This document shows positions 27,358 through 38,882 of a DNA stretch of 64,000 nt, piece by piece. The position numbers and the translations under genes are program-made. The stretch covers positions 384,001 to 448,000 of the forward strand of contig CAVTCS010000003.1 of the NCBI GenBank assembly GCA_963733295.1, read 5' to 3'. Each line of letters begins with the position of its first letter. The first letter of the stretch is position 1. Origin of the DNA: Vulcanimicrobiota bacterium (GTDB lineage Bacteria; Vulcanimicrobiota; Vulcanimicrobiia; Vulcanimicrobiales; Vulcanimicrobiaceae). The notes below the pieces were generated by a model. That model was not told the origin of the DNA, did no database searches, and was given only the letters and a program-made list of their open reading frames with translations.

Positions 27358-28332
27358 ATGAATTCCGCTTCCGAGGCGATCGTCCCGGTTCACGAACCGT
27401 ACCGTCTCGACCGGACGGTCGCGGTGCTCCGGCGATTCTCGACGAACATCGTCGACCGCACGACGCCGGATGGGCGCTACGTTCGCGCGCTCGAAGGTTT
27501 CGCGGGACCGGTCGTCCTGTGCGTCGTTCAAAGCGCTCCCGGGGCTCTGACCGTCGCGCTCAGCGGGGCTGCGGGCGAGGAAGCGCGAGCCCTTGCGTTG
27601 ACGCGCCGCATGCTCGGCACCGAACGCGATCTGAGCGCTTTCCACCGCCGCGCCGGCAAGGTTCCCTGGCTACGCCCGTTAGCCGCGCGAATGCGCGGCG
27701 TGAAGCCGCCGCGTTATCCGACGCTCTGGGAAGCCTGCGCCAACGCGATCGTTTTTCAGCAGATCAGTCTCTCGGCGGCGAGTGCGATCATGCACCGCAC
27801 GGTCGCCGCATTGGGCGTCCGTACGAAGTTCGAAGGCCTCGAACTCCACGCGTTCCCCGGGAGCGAAAGGATCGCGGCGTGCGACGAAGCCGGCCTACGC
27901 GGCTTCGGCTTGAGTGCGAACAAAGTGGCGACGTTGCGCCGCGTCGCCGAAGCCTTGTCGGGCGGAGCGCTCGACGAGGTCATGTTAGAGTCGCGCTCGA
28001 GCGCCGAGGCCGCCGAGCTGCTCTGCCGCATCAAGGGAATCGGACCCTGGACGGCTGCGGTGATCCTGTTGCGCGGTGTCGGCCGGCTCGACGTCTTTCC
28101 GATGAACGACTCGGGCATCGCACGCAGCGCAAGAGCTTTCAACGACCCGGCCGTCGACGTCGATGCGGCCTTGCACGCGCTCGGCGACGAACGCGGCATG
28201 CTCTACTACCTGTTCTTGCTCGCCCGGCTCGAAGCGCGCGGCGAACTAGCCGCCGCCCCCGCGCTCAGCCGGCAACCTTCGCAAGAAATGCGTCGAGCAA
28301 AGCGCGGAACTTCGCAGGCTGATCGTACATGA
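27358..28332 (+). CDS. alkA: DNA-3-methyladenine glycosylase (AlkA/HhH-GPD)
   Basis: AIVFQQISL, IKGIGPWTA HhH, FPMND. Confidence 0.85.
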   Translation: MNSASEAIVPVHEPYRLDRTVAVLRRFSTNIVDRTTPDGRYVRALEGFAGPVVLCVVQSAPGALTVALSGAAGEEARALALTRRMLGTERDLSAFHRRAGKVPWLRPLAARMRGVKPPRYPTLWEACANAIVFQQISLSAASAIMHRTVAALGVRTKFEGLELHAFPGSERIAACDEAGLRGFGLSANKVATLRRVAEALSGGALDEVMLESRSSAEAAELLCRIKGIGPWTAAVILLRGVGRLDVFPMNDSGIARSARAFNDPAVDVDAALHALGDERGMLYYLFLLARLEARGELAAAPALSRQPSQEMRRAKRGTSQADRT

Positions 28333-29149
28333 GGAAGTGCAGCGACGGCCCGATCGGCTCGACGTCGAGTTGCGCGACGCCCTTGAACGCGGCGACATAG
28401 AAGTTGAGCAACATCGGTACCGAGGCGCCGGCCTTGATCGGCGCGAGTACCTCGACCGGCGCCGTTATCTTGCTGAGGTTCGGCCGCAGATCCGCCTGCG
28501 TCAGTTCGTACTCGGCGCCGGCAAAAGTGGCGCGGTCGCTCTTCAGCGACAGCTCCGTGATCAGCTCGACGTTCTTGGGGTCGCTGACGAGACCGGTCAC
28601 GTAGGCATGCACGCCGGCTTCGAACTGCTCGGGTGACGCCGTCAGCATCGCGGCGCGTACGGCGCCGGCATCCCGCTCGCGCGTCGCCGGCGACTCCGTC
28701 GCCGCAGAGGGTGGATAGCGCGGAAGCATGTCGAGCACCATCACGCCGCCGATGTTGTCGGGGATCTCCTCGGCGACCCGGAGGGCGATGTGGCCGCCCA
28801 GGCTATGTCCGACGAGAATCGGCTTCGAAAGCTTTTCAATGGCGATGAGCTCTTCGATGCTGCGCACGAACTCGTCGAGGTACGGCGGTTGGACCGGCGG
28901 CGCGCCGTCGAAACCGGCGAAGGTCACCGTGTAAACGGTGTAGTGCTGGGCGACTTCGGGCGCGACGCCGTCCCAAACGTACGCTCCCGAGGCGAGTCCC
29001 GGGATGAAGATGACCGCCCGGTCGCCCGATCCCGTGCGCTCGGCGAACGCCGCTCCGATGTGGAGTTGAGCGTCGTCGGCGGCGGCGGGACGCGCTGCGA
29101 AAGCGAACAGCGCGAGGGCGAGAACGAGGAAGGCTGGGCGCCGCTGCAC
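28265..29149 (-). CDS. Exported alpha/beta hydrolase
   Basis: FIPGLAS, GHSLGG, HFLMYDQP; signal peptide from GTG 29149 (alt TTG 29179). Confidence 0.88.
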   Translation of the reverse strand: MQRRPAFLVLALALFAFAARPAAADDAQLHIGAAFAERTGSGDRAVIFIPGLASGAYVWDGVAPEVAQHYTVYTVTFAGFDGAPPVQPPYLDEFVRSIEELIAIEKLSKPILVGHSLGGHIALRVAEEIPDNIGGVMVLDMLPRYPPSAATESPATRERDAGAVRAAMLTASPEQFEAGVHAYVTGLVSDPKNVELITELSLKSDRATFAGAEYELTQADLRPNLSKITAPVEVLAPIKAGASVPMLLNFYVAAFKGVAQLDVEPIGPSLHFLMYDQPAKFRALLDAFLAKVAG

Positions 29150-29202
29150 CTCGGGGCCGTTCCGCGAAACCGCGCGCAACCCCGCCAGGGTCTAAGGGCA
29201 GT

Positions 29203-29937
29203 ATGAACGTTCAATCGCCGCCCGGCATCTCAATCCAGCGCTCCAAGGAGCGGGCCTTCTTCGATATGGATTGGCTCCAAACGTATCACTCCTTCAGTTT
29301 CGCCGACTATTTCGATCCGGCGAATCTGAACTGGGGAGCGCTGCGCGTTTTCAACGATGACGTGATCGGGGCCGGCAAAGGCTTCCCAACGCATCCGCAT
29401 CGCGACATGGAGATTCTGACGTACGTTCTCGACGGCGAGCTCGAGCACAAAGATTCGATGGGTAACGTGGGCGTCGTCGGCCCCGGCGCGGTTCAGTATC
29501 TCAGTGCCGGCACCGGAATCAGGCACTCGGAATACAACCACTCCGCGGAAAAGCCGGTGCACCTCGTTCAGATGTGGGTCTTGCCGCGGGCGCAGGGGCT
29601 CGAACCGCGCTACGGGCAAGTCGACTACAGGCTGGAAGACCGGCTCGAGCGCTGGCTGCCGATTGCGAGCGGCGAAAAGGACGTCACCTCGCGGATCGGT
29701 TTGTGGCAGGACGCGACGGCGTACGTTGCGCGTCTCGAACGCAAACCGCTGCGCTACGCGCTGCGAAGCGGCCGGCTCGGGTTCCTGTTCGTTGCGGATG
29801 GGAACGTAACGCTGAGCGGTGAGCCGCTCGCCGCCGGCGACGCGGCGCGCATCACCGGGCCGCTCGAGTTCGAACTCGCCGGAAGCGGCGAAGTGGTGCT
29901 CTGGGACGTGCCTCCGCTGCCGGATGCGCGCGAATGA
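29203..29937 (+). CDS. Pirin family protein (YhhW-like)
   Basis: HSFSF, HPHRDMEI, HKDSMG, SAGTGIRHSE, QMW. Confidence 0.93.
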   Translation: MNVQSPPGISIQRSKERAFFDMDWLQTYHSFSFADYFDPANLNWGALRVFNDDVIGAGKGFPTHPHRDMEILTYVLDGELEHKDSMGNVGVVGPGAVQYLSAGTGIRHSEYNHSAEKPVHLVQMWVLPRAQGLEPRYGQVDYRLEDRLERWLPIASGEKDVTSRIGLWQDATAYVARLERKPLRYALRSGRLGFLFVADGNVTLSGEPLAAGDAARITGPLEFELAGSGEVVLWDVPPLPDARE

Positions 29938-30197
29938 GCGAGGTTCCGTGCACGCACACGAATACGATCCGGAACGTCAAGCCCAGCGCGAACGGGTGCG
30001 AAGAGTGCCTCAAGCTGGGCGAGGGGTGGGTCCACCTTCGGATGTGTCTGGAATGCGGGCACGCCGGCTGCTGCGACTCGTCGAAAAACAAGCACGCTAC
30101 CAAGCATAACCGGGCCACCGGCCACCCGATCGTTACCTCCCGCGAGCCGGGCGAAAGTTGGAAGTACTGCTACATCGACGACGTAACTTGGCAGTGA
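29934..30197 (+). CDS. UBP-type zinc finger protein
   Basis: CTH, CEEC, WVHLRMCLECGHAGCCDSS, HATKH, W.YCYID. Confidence 0.92.
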   Translation: MSEVPCTHTNTIRNVKPSANGCEECLKLGEGWVHLRMCLECGHAGCCDSSKNKHATKHNRATGHPIVTSREPGESWKYCYIDDVTWQ

Positions 30198-30240
30198 CGA
30201 TGTCGCTTGGCAGTGACGACGTAGCTTGGCACTAACGACG
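30177..30240 (+). repeat. Tandem 19 bp repeat, three copies plus a partial
   Basis: gacgacgtaacttggcagt / gacgatgtcgcttggcagt / gacgacgtagcttggcact / aacgacg. Confidence 0.85.
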
Positions 30241-30858
30241 CTCGCAGCGTTCGCGCTGCTGGAGTTCACGCTCTGCCTGATTCCGGGCCCGGCGGTCCTG
30301 TACGTGTTGTCGACGGCGCTGCGTCGCGGGCCGCGCACCGGACTTCTGGGCGCGGCCGGCATCGTCGCCGGCAATACCGTCTATTTCGCGTTGTCGGCCT
30401 GCGGCGTCGCGGCTCTGCTGCTCGCCTCTTACGCTCTCTTCGGAGTCGTGAAGTGGTGCGGCATCGCCTACTTGGGATACCTCGGATTGCGCGCGCTTCT
30501 GGCGAGCGATGCCGGCCTGGACGGCGAGGGTGGCCTCTCGCGCGGCGCGAGCGGTCGCGCTTTTCACGGCGCGCTGGTCACGCAGCTCTCGAATCCGAAG
30601 GCGATCGTTTTCTTCGTCGCCGTGCTGCCGCAGTTCGTGGACCCGCGTGGAAGCGTCTGGCTGCAGCTGTTGGTTCTCGCGCTACTTTCGGCGGCAATCG
30701 AGTTTGGAGTGCTCAGCGGTTACACGGTCGCGGCGGCGCGGTTGCGCCGCACTGCCTTGGCGGCTCGGGCCGGCCTCCTCATCGAACGCGCGGGCGGCGC
30801 GGTGCTGCTCGGGATTGCGGCCTTTCTCGCGCGGGAACCGTTGGCGGTCGCGCCCTGA
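30226..30858 (+). CDS. LysE/RhtB family translocator
   Basis: IPGPAV, GIAYLGYLG, SNPKAIVFF. Confidence 0.92.
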   Translation: MALTTLAAFALLEFTLCLIPGPAVLYVLSTALRRGPRTGLLGAAGIVAGNTVYFALSACGVAALLLASYALFGVVKWCGIAYLGYLGLRALLASDAGLDGEGGLSRGASGRAFHGALVTQLSNPKAIVFFVAVLPQFVDPRGSVWLQLLVLALLSAAIEFGVLSGYTVAAARLRRTALAARAGLLIERAGGAVLLGIAAFLAREPLAVAP

Positions 30859-31712
30859 ACCTCGAGGCGGCCGCGGACTATGCCGCGCGGCACGCGCTCC
30901 AGGCACTCGTCGTCCGCCAGGCAAGTCGAATTGTCTTCGAGCGTTACGCCGAGGGTTGGGACGGCGACAAACCGCACGCGCTCTACAGCGGAACGAAGAG
31001 TTTCTGGGGCGTCGCGGCGGTCGCAGCGCAAGAGGACGGGCTGCTCGAACTCGACGAGCCGGTCGCCGATACGATCGCGTCCTGGAAAGCGGACCCCTGG
31101 AAAGCCCGCGTCACCTTGCGCGAGTTGCTGCAACTGACGAGCGGGATTGGCTTCGGCGGCCTGGGGGCATCGGTTCCGCTCTACGACAACGCGCTCGCCG
31201 TCGAGCTCAAGAACGAACCGGGCCGCGTTTTCACCTACAGCGGGATCCCGCTGCAGGTCTTCGGTGCGGTCTTGGCACGCAAACTCGAGAAGCGTCGCGA
31301 AACCCCGCACGAGTACTTACGCAAGCGCATCCTCGCGCCGATCGGTCTGCGCATAGGATCCTGGCGGAAGCTCAAAGACGGCAGCGAGCCGCTCCCGACC
31401 GGGGCCTTCGTCGCAGCGCGCGAGTGGTTGAAGTACGGTGCGCTGCTCGCAGCCGGCGGCGTCGCACGCGGCAAGCAGGTCGTTCCCGAGCGCGCGCTGC
31501 GCGCGTGCTTCGAAGGTTCGGCGGCCAACCCGCGCTACGGGCTCGCGTTTTGGCTGAGTCCGCCCCACACGCCGCCCGACTTGATCTACGCGAGCGGCTC
31601 CGTCGGTCAAGCGCTGTACGTCGTTCCATCGCTCGATTTGGCAGTGGTGAAGTTCGGCAATTCCGCTTCGTACAAACACGAAGCATTTCTCAAGCGTCTC
31701 TTCGGCGTCTAG
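30855..31712 (+). CDS. Serine hydrolase (class C beta-lactamase-like), probable CTG start
   Basis: SGTK (SxxK), LLQLTSG, FTYS, GQALYVVP; CTG overlaps LysE TGA and no ATG/GTG/TTG lies between it and SxxK. Confidence 0.8.
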   Translation: MNLEAAADYAARHALQALVVRQASRIVFERYAEGWDGDKPHALYSGTKSFWGVAAVAAQEDGLLELDEPVADTIASWKADPWKARVTLRELLQLTSGIGFGGLGASVPLYDNALAVELKNEPGRVFTYSGIPLQVFGAVLARKLEKRRETPHEYLRKRILAPIGLRIGSWRKLKDGSEPLPTGAFVAAREWLKYGALLAAGGVARGKQVVPERALRACFEGSAANPRYGLAFWLSPPHTPPDLIYASGSVGQALYVVPSLDLAVVKFGNSASYKHEAFLKRLFGV

Positions 31713-31721
31713 TACAGCACA

Positions 31722-33086
<1,365 letters not shown>

Positions 33087-33087
33087 G

Positions 33088-33876
33088 CTACCCCCCTTGG
33101 ACGACGACGCGCCGTTCGGCGAGCCGCCACACGACCGCCGAGACGCCGGCGAAAAGAACCAGCCACCCCATCTGAATTGTCAGCAGGCCTGGGATCTCCG
33201 CCGGGGCGACTTGCCCGATGTAGATGCGCAGCGGCGTCCAGTAGATCGAAGCGAAAGGCAACGCGCCCACGATCGCTCCGAGCGCTCCGGGAAAGAAACT
33301 AAGCGGCAGGATCTGACCGCCGAGCAGGTCCGATGCCCAGCGCACCATGAGCTGGAGCGCGAACGTTTCGAGCGTCCAGAAAGCAACGACGTTCATCAGG
33401 AAATTCAGGAAGAAATTGACGAGGTAGCCGAGTGCGAACGAGACGAGAAAGAGCGCGAGGGTGGCCGGTGCCGGAACGTCGATGTGAACGAGCAACAGCG
33501 CGAGAAGAACCGACGGAACGATCATGAGCGCGTGAAAGACCGTCTGGCCGAACCCATCGCTGAAAAAGTAGAGCGGGAGACTGATCGGTTTCATCAAGTC
33601 CGTTGCGATCGTGCCTTCCCGAATCCTCTCGCGAATCGAGCGCGTCCCGTCGATCTCGAGGATCAGGCTCATCAAGAGTGCGACCGTCGCGTAGGTGATC
33701 ATCGCGTGCAGCGGGATGTCGGCGGGGGCGGCGTTCTGCGAGTAAAGCGCGGTCCACAGCGAGCGGAAGAGATAGACGCGCAAGAACACCGATCCGATGT
33801 TGGTGAAAACCTCGAAGCGGTAGGTCGCCTCGCGCGCGAAAGCCTTGCGCGCGAATTCGACGTAAGGTTCGATCAA
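33088..33876 (-). CDS. ABC-2 family permease (ABC2_membrane_6/DUF990)
   Basis: GTIATDLMKP, LPFASI, VVVQGG C-terminus. Confidence 0.9.
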   Translation of the reverse strand: MIEPYVEFARKAFAREATYRFEVFTNIGSVFLRVYLFRSLWTALYSQNAAPADIPLHAMITYATVALLMSLILEIDGTRSIRERIREGTIATDLMKPISLPLYFFSDGFGQTVFHALMIVPSVLLALLLVHIDVPAPATLALFLVSFALGYLVNFFLNFLMNVVAFWTLETFALQLMVRWASDLLGGQILPLSFFPGALGAIVGALPFASIYWTPLRIYIGQVAPAEIPGLLTIQMGWLVLFAGVSAVVWRLAERRVVVQGG

Positions 33877-34901
33877 CGCGCGACTTCGGCGGGGGGTGGC
33901 GGCCCGACCGCGTCGGGGTCAGAATACCCCTCGCGGTAGATTCGTCTGATGATCGATTCGAGATCGGGCTCCTCGAGCGTCACGTCGTTGATGCAGTAGT
34001 TGTCTGCGACGCGCCGGATCAGCTGGTCGGCGCTGACGGCGTTACGATCGAATTTCAAGCGAACCGTGTTGGCGACGCGGGACTCGAACGTCGCGTCCGG
34101 GACCGCCACGTCGCGCTCGCCGTCGCAGAGTTCGACGACCAGCGTGCGATGCGTGCCGTACTCGGACTTGATGCGCTCGACCTCGCCGTCATAGATGACC
34201 TTGCCCTCGTCGATCAATACGATCCGCGGGCAGATCCGCTCGACGTCGGCGAGGTCGTGGGTCGTGAGGATGACGGTCGTTCCCCGTTCCGCGTTGACCC
34301 GTATGATGAAGTTGCGGATCGCTTCCTTGGCCACGACGTCGAGACCGATCGTCGGCTCGTCGAGAAAGACGATGCGCGGGTCGTGGAGCATTGCCGCCGC
34401 GAAGTCGCCGCGCATGCGTTGCCCGAGCGAGAGCTGGCGGACCGGCGTTTGCAGAAAGTCGCCCATTTCCAGCAGCTCGGTGAAGTCGTGCAGATTTTTC
34501 CGATAGCGCTCGCGCGGAACCGCGTAGATTGCGCGCAAGAGTTCGAAGGACTCGATCAAGGGAAGGTCCCAGTACAGCTGGCTGCGCTGTCCGAACACGA
34601 CGCCGATGCTGCGGGCGTTGCGCTTGCGCTCGGCATAGGGAACGAGACCGTTCACCGTTACCTCTCCTGAGGTCGGCACGAGGATGCCCGTGAGCATCTT
34701 GATCGTCGTCGACTTTCCGGCGCCGTTGGGGCCGATGTAACCGACCAGTTCGCCGGGCTCGAGCGACATCGTCACGCCCTCGACGGCGACGCGGTCGACG
34801 TACTCGCGCGAGAAGAGGGTGCGCAGCGCACCGAGCGCTCCCGGGCTGCGCTTGACCGCGCGAAAGACTTTTCGTAAATCGCGCGTCTCGATGATCGGCA
34901 T
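33873..34901 (-). CDS. ABC transporter ATP-binding protein
   Basis: GPNGAGKST, LSLGQ, FLDEPTIGLD, TTH; ATG 34901. Confidence 0.95.
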   Translation of the reverse strand: MPIIETRDLRKVFRAVKRSPGALGALRTLFSREYVDRVAVEGVTMSLEPGELVGYIGPNGAGKSTTIKMLTGILVPTSGEVTVNGLVPYAERKRNARSIGVVFGQRSQLYWDLPLIESFELLRAIYAVPRERYRKNLHDFTELLEMGDFLQTPVRQLSLGQRMRGDFAAAMLHDPRIVFLDEPTIGLDVVAKEAIRNFIIRVNAERGTTVILTTHDLADVERICPRIVLIDEGKVIYDGEVERIKSEYGTHRTLVVELCDGERDVAVPDATFESRVANTVRLKFDRNAVSADQLIRRVADNYCINDVTLEEPDLESIIRRIYREGYSDPDAVGPPPPAEVAR

Positions 34902-34939
34902 CGCTCGTTTGGTTCCGCGGCCTCGCAGCGCCCTCCCGG

Positions 34940-36841
34940 TTACGCGGCGCCGAGCGCCTCCACCGGTTCCAGCGCGAGCGTCGCGACGCGGCGCGCGAGG
35001 GCCATGATCGTGAGCATCGGGTTCACCCCGCTCGCCTGCGGGAACAACGATGCGTCCGCGACGAGCACGTTCTCGAGACCCCGCACGCGACCGCGCGCGT
35101 CGACGACCGAACGGTCCGGATCGCTTCCCATTGCGGCCGTACCCATCTGGTGCGCGCTGAAGAGCGGCTGGCGATTCGGCGCGACGCCGAGCGCGCGCAG
35201 TCGAGCGACGAGCGCCGCCCGCGACGCGGGGTTCCATTCGGCGGCATCGAGTTCCAGAGGTGCGGCGTGCAGCGTACGTACTTTGCGCGCGCCTGCGGCG
35301 AAGGCGACGTCGATCGCTCCGGCGAGTCCGGCGAGCGCGTTTTCGGCATCGAACGGTGCGAGCGAGTAGTGGATTGCCGCTTCGCCGTCGAGGTCGACGC
35401 TGCCCGGATCGCGATCGCGCGTCAAGGCGATCAGCAGGGCGGTGCGGCTCAATTCGTCCATCCAGCGCGCGTGCGCGGTAGCGCTGGTCCAGGGCAGCGC
35501 CATCGCAGCGAAAGCCGGATGGACCGGAGCGACCTCGAGCTTGGCGCCGTAGTTTCCGGCGCGATAGTTGAAGGCATCGGAATATGCGGTTTGGATCGGT
35601 CCGTTCCAGGCCTCGATGGGACGGTCGAAAAGTGCCGCGATCGCGAAAACCGGATGAACGAACAGCCGCTTTCCAAGCAACGGATGCGCGAGTCCGCTGC
35701 GCGCGAGCAAGCCGGGCGTGCGCAACGAACCCGCGGCGCAGACTACCGTTCGAGCGCGGACGTTGACGCGCCGCTCCACACCGGCGGCGTCGCGTTGAAG
35801 CGCGGCAACGCCGATTGCACGCGTGTCTTCAGTCAACAGCCGTTGGGCGCGGGCGTTCGTCAAGATCGCTCCGCCGTTCCGGATGACATCGGGCAGAAAG
35901 CATTTGAGCGTCGAGCGCTTCCTGTCGTACGCGCAACCCATGCCGCAGTAACCGCAACCCTCGCCGCAATCGGCCGGCGCGTTGCGCGGCATTTCGCCGA
36001 CCGTAAGGCCGAGCGTGCGGCATCCCTCGAGAAGGATGGAGTTGTTCGGATTGTGCCGTTCGCACGGCGCGAGCTGCAACTCTGCCTCGAGCGCGTCATA
36101 GTGTGGCGCGAGCTCGGCGCCTAACCCCTCGATCCCGCTTTCCGCCTCCCATTCTGCGGCGATGCGCGGCGGCAGGCGGAACGAGGTCGACCAGTTGATC
36201 GTGGTCCCGCCGCCGAGGGCCGCGCCGGCTAGGACGATCAAACCGAGATCCTGCGATGAGGCCAGACCGCCTTCGAGATAGAGGTTCGGAATCGAAGTCT
36301 CGCGCTGCGTAAAGTCGGCCGCGCCATAGGCTCCGCCGGCTTCGAGCACGACGACGCGCCTGCCGCTTCGCGCGAAGGTCGCTGCGGCGACGCCGCCGCC
36401 GGCACCGCTGCCGATGACGACGACGTCGGCTTCGAGCGTCTCGCCGTCACGCGCCCACGTGAGTGGCGGTAGCGTTTGCGTCGTCGAGCGATCGCCGCGA
36501 GGTCCCGGATACCCGATGCGTTTCCAGGTGCGGTGCTCGCCCGCGGCATCGCCGTCGGCGTATGCGGCGAACAGTGCGAGCCTCTTGAGCGTCGCGAAGC
36601 CGGTGCGTAACTTGCCGACCGGCGAACCGGCCATCGCTGCAAGCACGCGCGAGCGCGCGCCGAGCGGCAGACGCATCGGCGCCGCCAGAAGATCGAGGAG
36701 AAGTTCGAGCTCGCTTCGCCGTTTCGGACTCAGCGTCGCGATCGTTTCGACGAGCGACGAGGCGACGTGTCCCGGCTCCGCGTCAGGCGGCACGAAGACC
36801 TCGACCGCAGCGAGCAGCGTCCGTTGGCGGCCGGATTTCAT
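34940..36841 (-). CDS. GMC oxidoreductase (long-chain alcohol oxidase-like)
   Basis: IGSGAGG, GGGTTINW, CGYCGMGC, SAHQMGT, GVNPMLT. Confidence 0.9.
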   Translation of the reverse strand: MKSGRQRTLLAAVEVFVPPDAEPGHVASSLVETIATLSPKRRSELELLLDLLAAPMRLPLGARSRVLAAMAGSPVGKLRTGFATLKRLALFAAYADGDAAGEHRTWKRIGYPGPRGDRSTTQTLPPLTWARDGETLEADVVVIGSGAGGGVAAATFARSGRRVVVLEAGGAYGAADFTQRETSIPNLYLEGGLASSQDLGLIVLAGAALGGGTTINWSTSFRLPPRIAAEWEAESGIEGLGAELAPHYDALEAELQLAPCERHNPNNSILLEGCRTLGLTVGEMPRNAPADCGEGCGYCGMGCAYDRKRSTLKCFLPDVIRNGGAILTNARAQRLLTEDTRAIGVAALQRDAAGVERRVNVRARTVVCAAGSLRTPGLLARSGLAHPLLGKRLFVHPVFAIAALFDRPIEAWNGPIQTAYSDAFNYRAGNYGAKLEVAPVHPAFAAMALPWTSATAHARWMDELSRTALLIALTRDRDPGSVDLDGEAAIHYSLAPFDAENALAGLAGAIDVAFAAGARKVRTLHAAPLELDAAEWNPASRAALVARLRALGVAPNRQPLFSAHQMGTAAMGSDPDRSVVDARGRVRGLENVLVADASLFPQASGVNPMLTIMALARRVATLALEPVEALGAA

Positions 36842-36919
36842 GATCCGAGCTTCGACGACCGCGGGAATCAGGCTTCCGGCTCCGGCGGACCAGCCGAGAC
36901 CCGGCTCGAAGGCCGTCGC

Positions 36920-37540
36920 GTGATCGTCACGATTTCACGCGAGTACGGTGCCGGTGGCTTGGCCATCGCGGATGCGACTGCCCGGGCGCTCGGTTACGAC
37001 TTGCTTACCGACGATCTTCCCAAGACCGTGGCGGCTCGCTTGGGGACCTCGGCCGAAGAAGTTTCTTCGCGCGATAGTGCCCCGCGTTCGCTCCCGGAAC
37101 GCATGCTCGGCAGCCTCGAAGCTGGATCGCCCGAAGCGATCTCGACCGATCCGCCGCTCCCCGATGCGTTCGACGAATCGGTCCGTCGAGAAATCGAGCG
37201 GACGATCCGCGAACGCGCCGCCGCCGGTAACCTCGTCGTGCTGGGTCGAGTCGGAAGCGCCGTGCTTGCGGGTGCGCCCGGACTCGTGCGCGTTTTCGTG
37301 CGCGCGGAGCGCGCGTGGCGCATCGACCGGATCGTCGAGAACTTCGGCCGGACGCCCGCCCAGGCAGCCGGCGACATCGACCGGCTCGATGCCGCGCGCC
37401 GCAGGTTTGCAAAAGAACGCTACAAGATGGCCTGGGGTGAGGCGCGTTCGTACGATCTCGTCATCGATGCGTCGTGTTTCGGGATCGATGGCGCGACCGG
37501 TTTGATCGTGGCTGCAGTCCGGTTTCTCGAAAGCCGATGA
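36920..37540 (+). CDS. Cytidylate kinase-like family protein
   Basis: IVTISREYGAGG, VVLGR, YDLVID; GTG 36920. Confidence 0.88.
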   Translation: MIVTISREYGAGGLAIADATARALGYDLLTDDLPKTVAARLGTSAEEVSSRDSAPRSLPERMLGSLEAGSPEAISTDPPLPDAFDESVRREIERTIRERAAAGNLVVLGRVGSAVLAGAPGLVRVFVRAERAWRIDRIVENFGRTPAQAAGDIDRLDAARRRFAKERYKMAWGEARSYDLVIDASCFGIDGATGLIVAAVRFLESR

Positions 37541-38802
37541 GCCTCGTACGCCCGCCGGTCACGCTCGAAGAGCCGGAGATTCCGCGTCGTCAGTCCACGC
37601 TGCTCACGCCGTTTCGTTACCGGGATTTCCGGCTGCTCTGGTTCGGACTGATCGTCTCCAACCTCGGCACGTGGATGCAGTTCACGACGCTCGGCTACCT
37701 CGTCGTGCAGCTGTCGCCGTCGCCTAGGCTGGCCGCGCTCAACGTCGGCATTCTGGGCGCTTCGAATGCGGTGCCGGTGCTGTTGCTCTCGCCGCTCGCA
37801 GGCGTCGTGGCCGATCGCTTTCCGCGGCGACGCGTCTTGCTGATAACGAACCTCATGACCTCGGCGATCGCGCTGACGCTCGCGCTGCTTGCGACCTTCA
37901 ATCTGCTGACGCTCTGGGAGATTTTCTTGCTCTCGGGAACGCGTGCCGCGAATCAGTCGTTTGACGCGCCGGCGCGTCAGAGCTGGGTCCCGCTGCTCGT
38001 GCCGCGCGAGTACGTCGGGACCGCGGTCGGCTTGAACTCGATCGCCTTCAACGCACCGAGCGTCGTCGGACCGCCGATTGCAGGTCTGCTCATCCTCTGG
38101 GTGGGCGTTTCGATCTCGTTCTATATGAACGCCGTTTTGACGTTGGCGGTGGTCGTTGCACTCGTTCTCATGCAGCCCGCGCCGCCGAGCTCGACGGCGC
38201 GGGAGGGCGTGTTCACCTCGATCGTCGCAGGCTTGCGCTTTTTGTTCGGTCACCACGTCCTTCGCTACGTGGTGCTGATGCTCTTGATCACGTGCATCTT
38301 GGTTCGGCCGTACGCGCAACTCTTACCCGCCTACGCCGCGCACGTCGTGCACGTCGACGCGCGCGGCCTCGGTTTGCTCCTCGCGGCCAGCGGTCTCGGA
38401 GCAATCTTCGGATCGCTGCTCACGGCGCTCGTGGGCAGCGGGCGGCGCGGGACCGTGTGGTTTTTCAGCGCGGTCTTGATGTCGCTCGGAACGATCGTGC
38501 TGGGAACGGTACACGTCTTTTGGGTCGCTCTGCTCGTTCTCGTCTTCATCGGACTTGCCGTACTCAGCTTTGCCGGCAGTTCGAACGTGCTGCTTCAGAC
38601 GCTCTCGCCGGACGACATGCGGGGACGCGCGATCTCCGTCTTCTCGATGATCATCCTCGGGCTCGTGCCGGCCGGTTCGCTGTTGCTCGGCTCGATCGCG
38701 ACGCTCGTCGGGCTACCGACCGCGATCTCCGCGGGAGGCGTCGTTTGCCTCGTCATCGCGATCGCAATCTACGCGAGCGATCCCGAACTCCGCGCCGTTT
38801 AA
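37537..38802 (+). CDS. MFS transporter (MFS_3-like)
   Basis: RDFRLLW, AGVVADRFPRR, PARQS, DMRGR; ~12 TM. Confidence 0.93.
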   Translation: MSLVRPPVTLEEPEIPRRQSTLLTPFRYRDFRLLWFGLIVSNLGTWMQFTTLGYLVVQLSPSPRLAALNVGILGASNAVPVLLLSPLAGVVADRFPRRRVLLITNLMTSAIALTLALLATFNLLTLWEIFLLSGTRAANQSFDAPARQSWVPLLVPREYVGTAVGLNSIAFNAPSVVGPPIAGLLILWVGVSISFYMNAVLTLAVVVALVLMQPAPPSSTAREGVFTSIVAGLRFLFGHHVLRYVVLMLLITCILVRPYAQLLPAYAAHVVHVDARGLGLLLAASGLGAIFGSLLTALVGSGRRGTVWFFSAVLMSLGTIVLGTVHVFWVALLVLVFIGLAVLSFAGSSNVLLQTLSPDDMRGRAISVFSMIILGLVPAGSLLLGSIATLVGLPTAISAGGVVCLVIAIAIYASDPELRAV

Positions 38803-38882
38803 GTGTGCTGGCTCGGCAAGGCAAGCCGGCCGCGAGGCCCCAAAGAGGGAGCCGGAGGTGCGGCGGCCAGATACCTCACATC

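Noticed and set aside
30177..30240. Possible mini-CRISPR array
   Set aside because: Repeats are contiguous with no spacers and no cas genes; same for the 45683 and 46136 repeats
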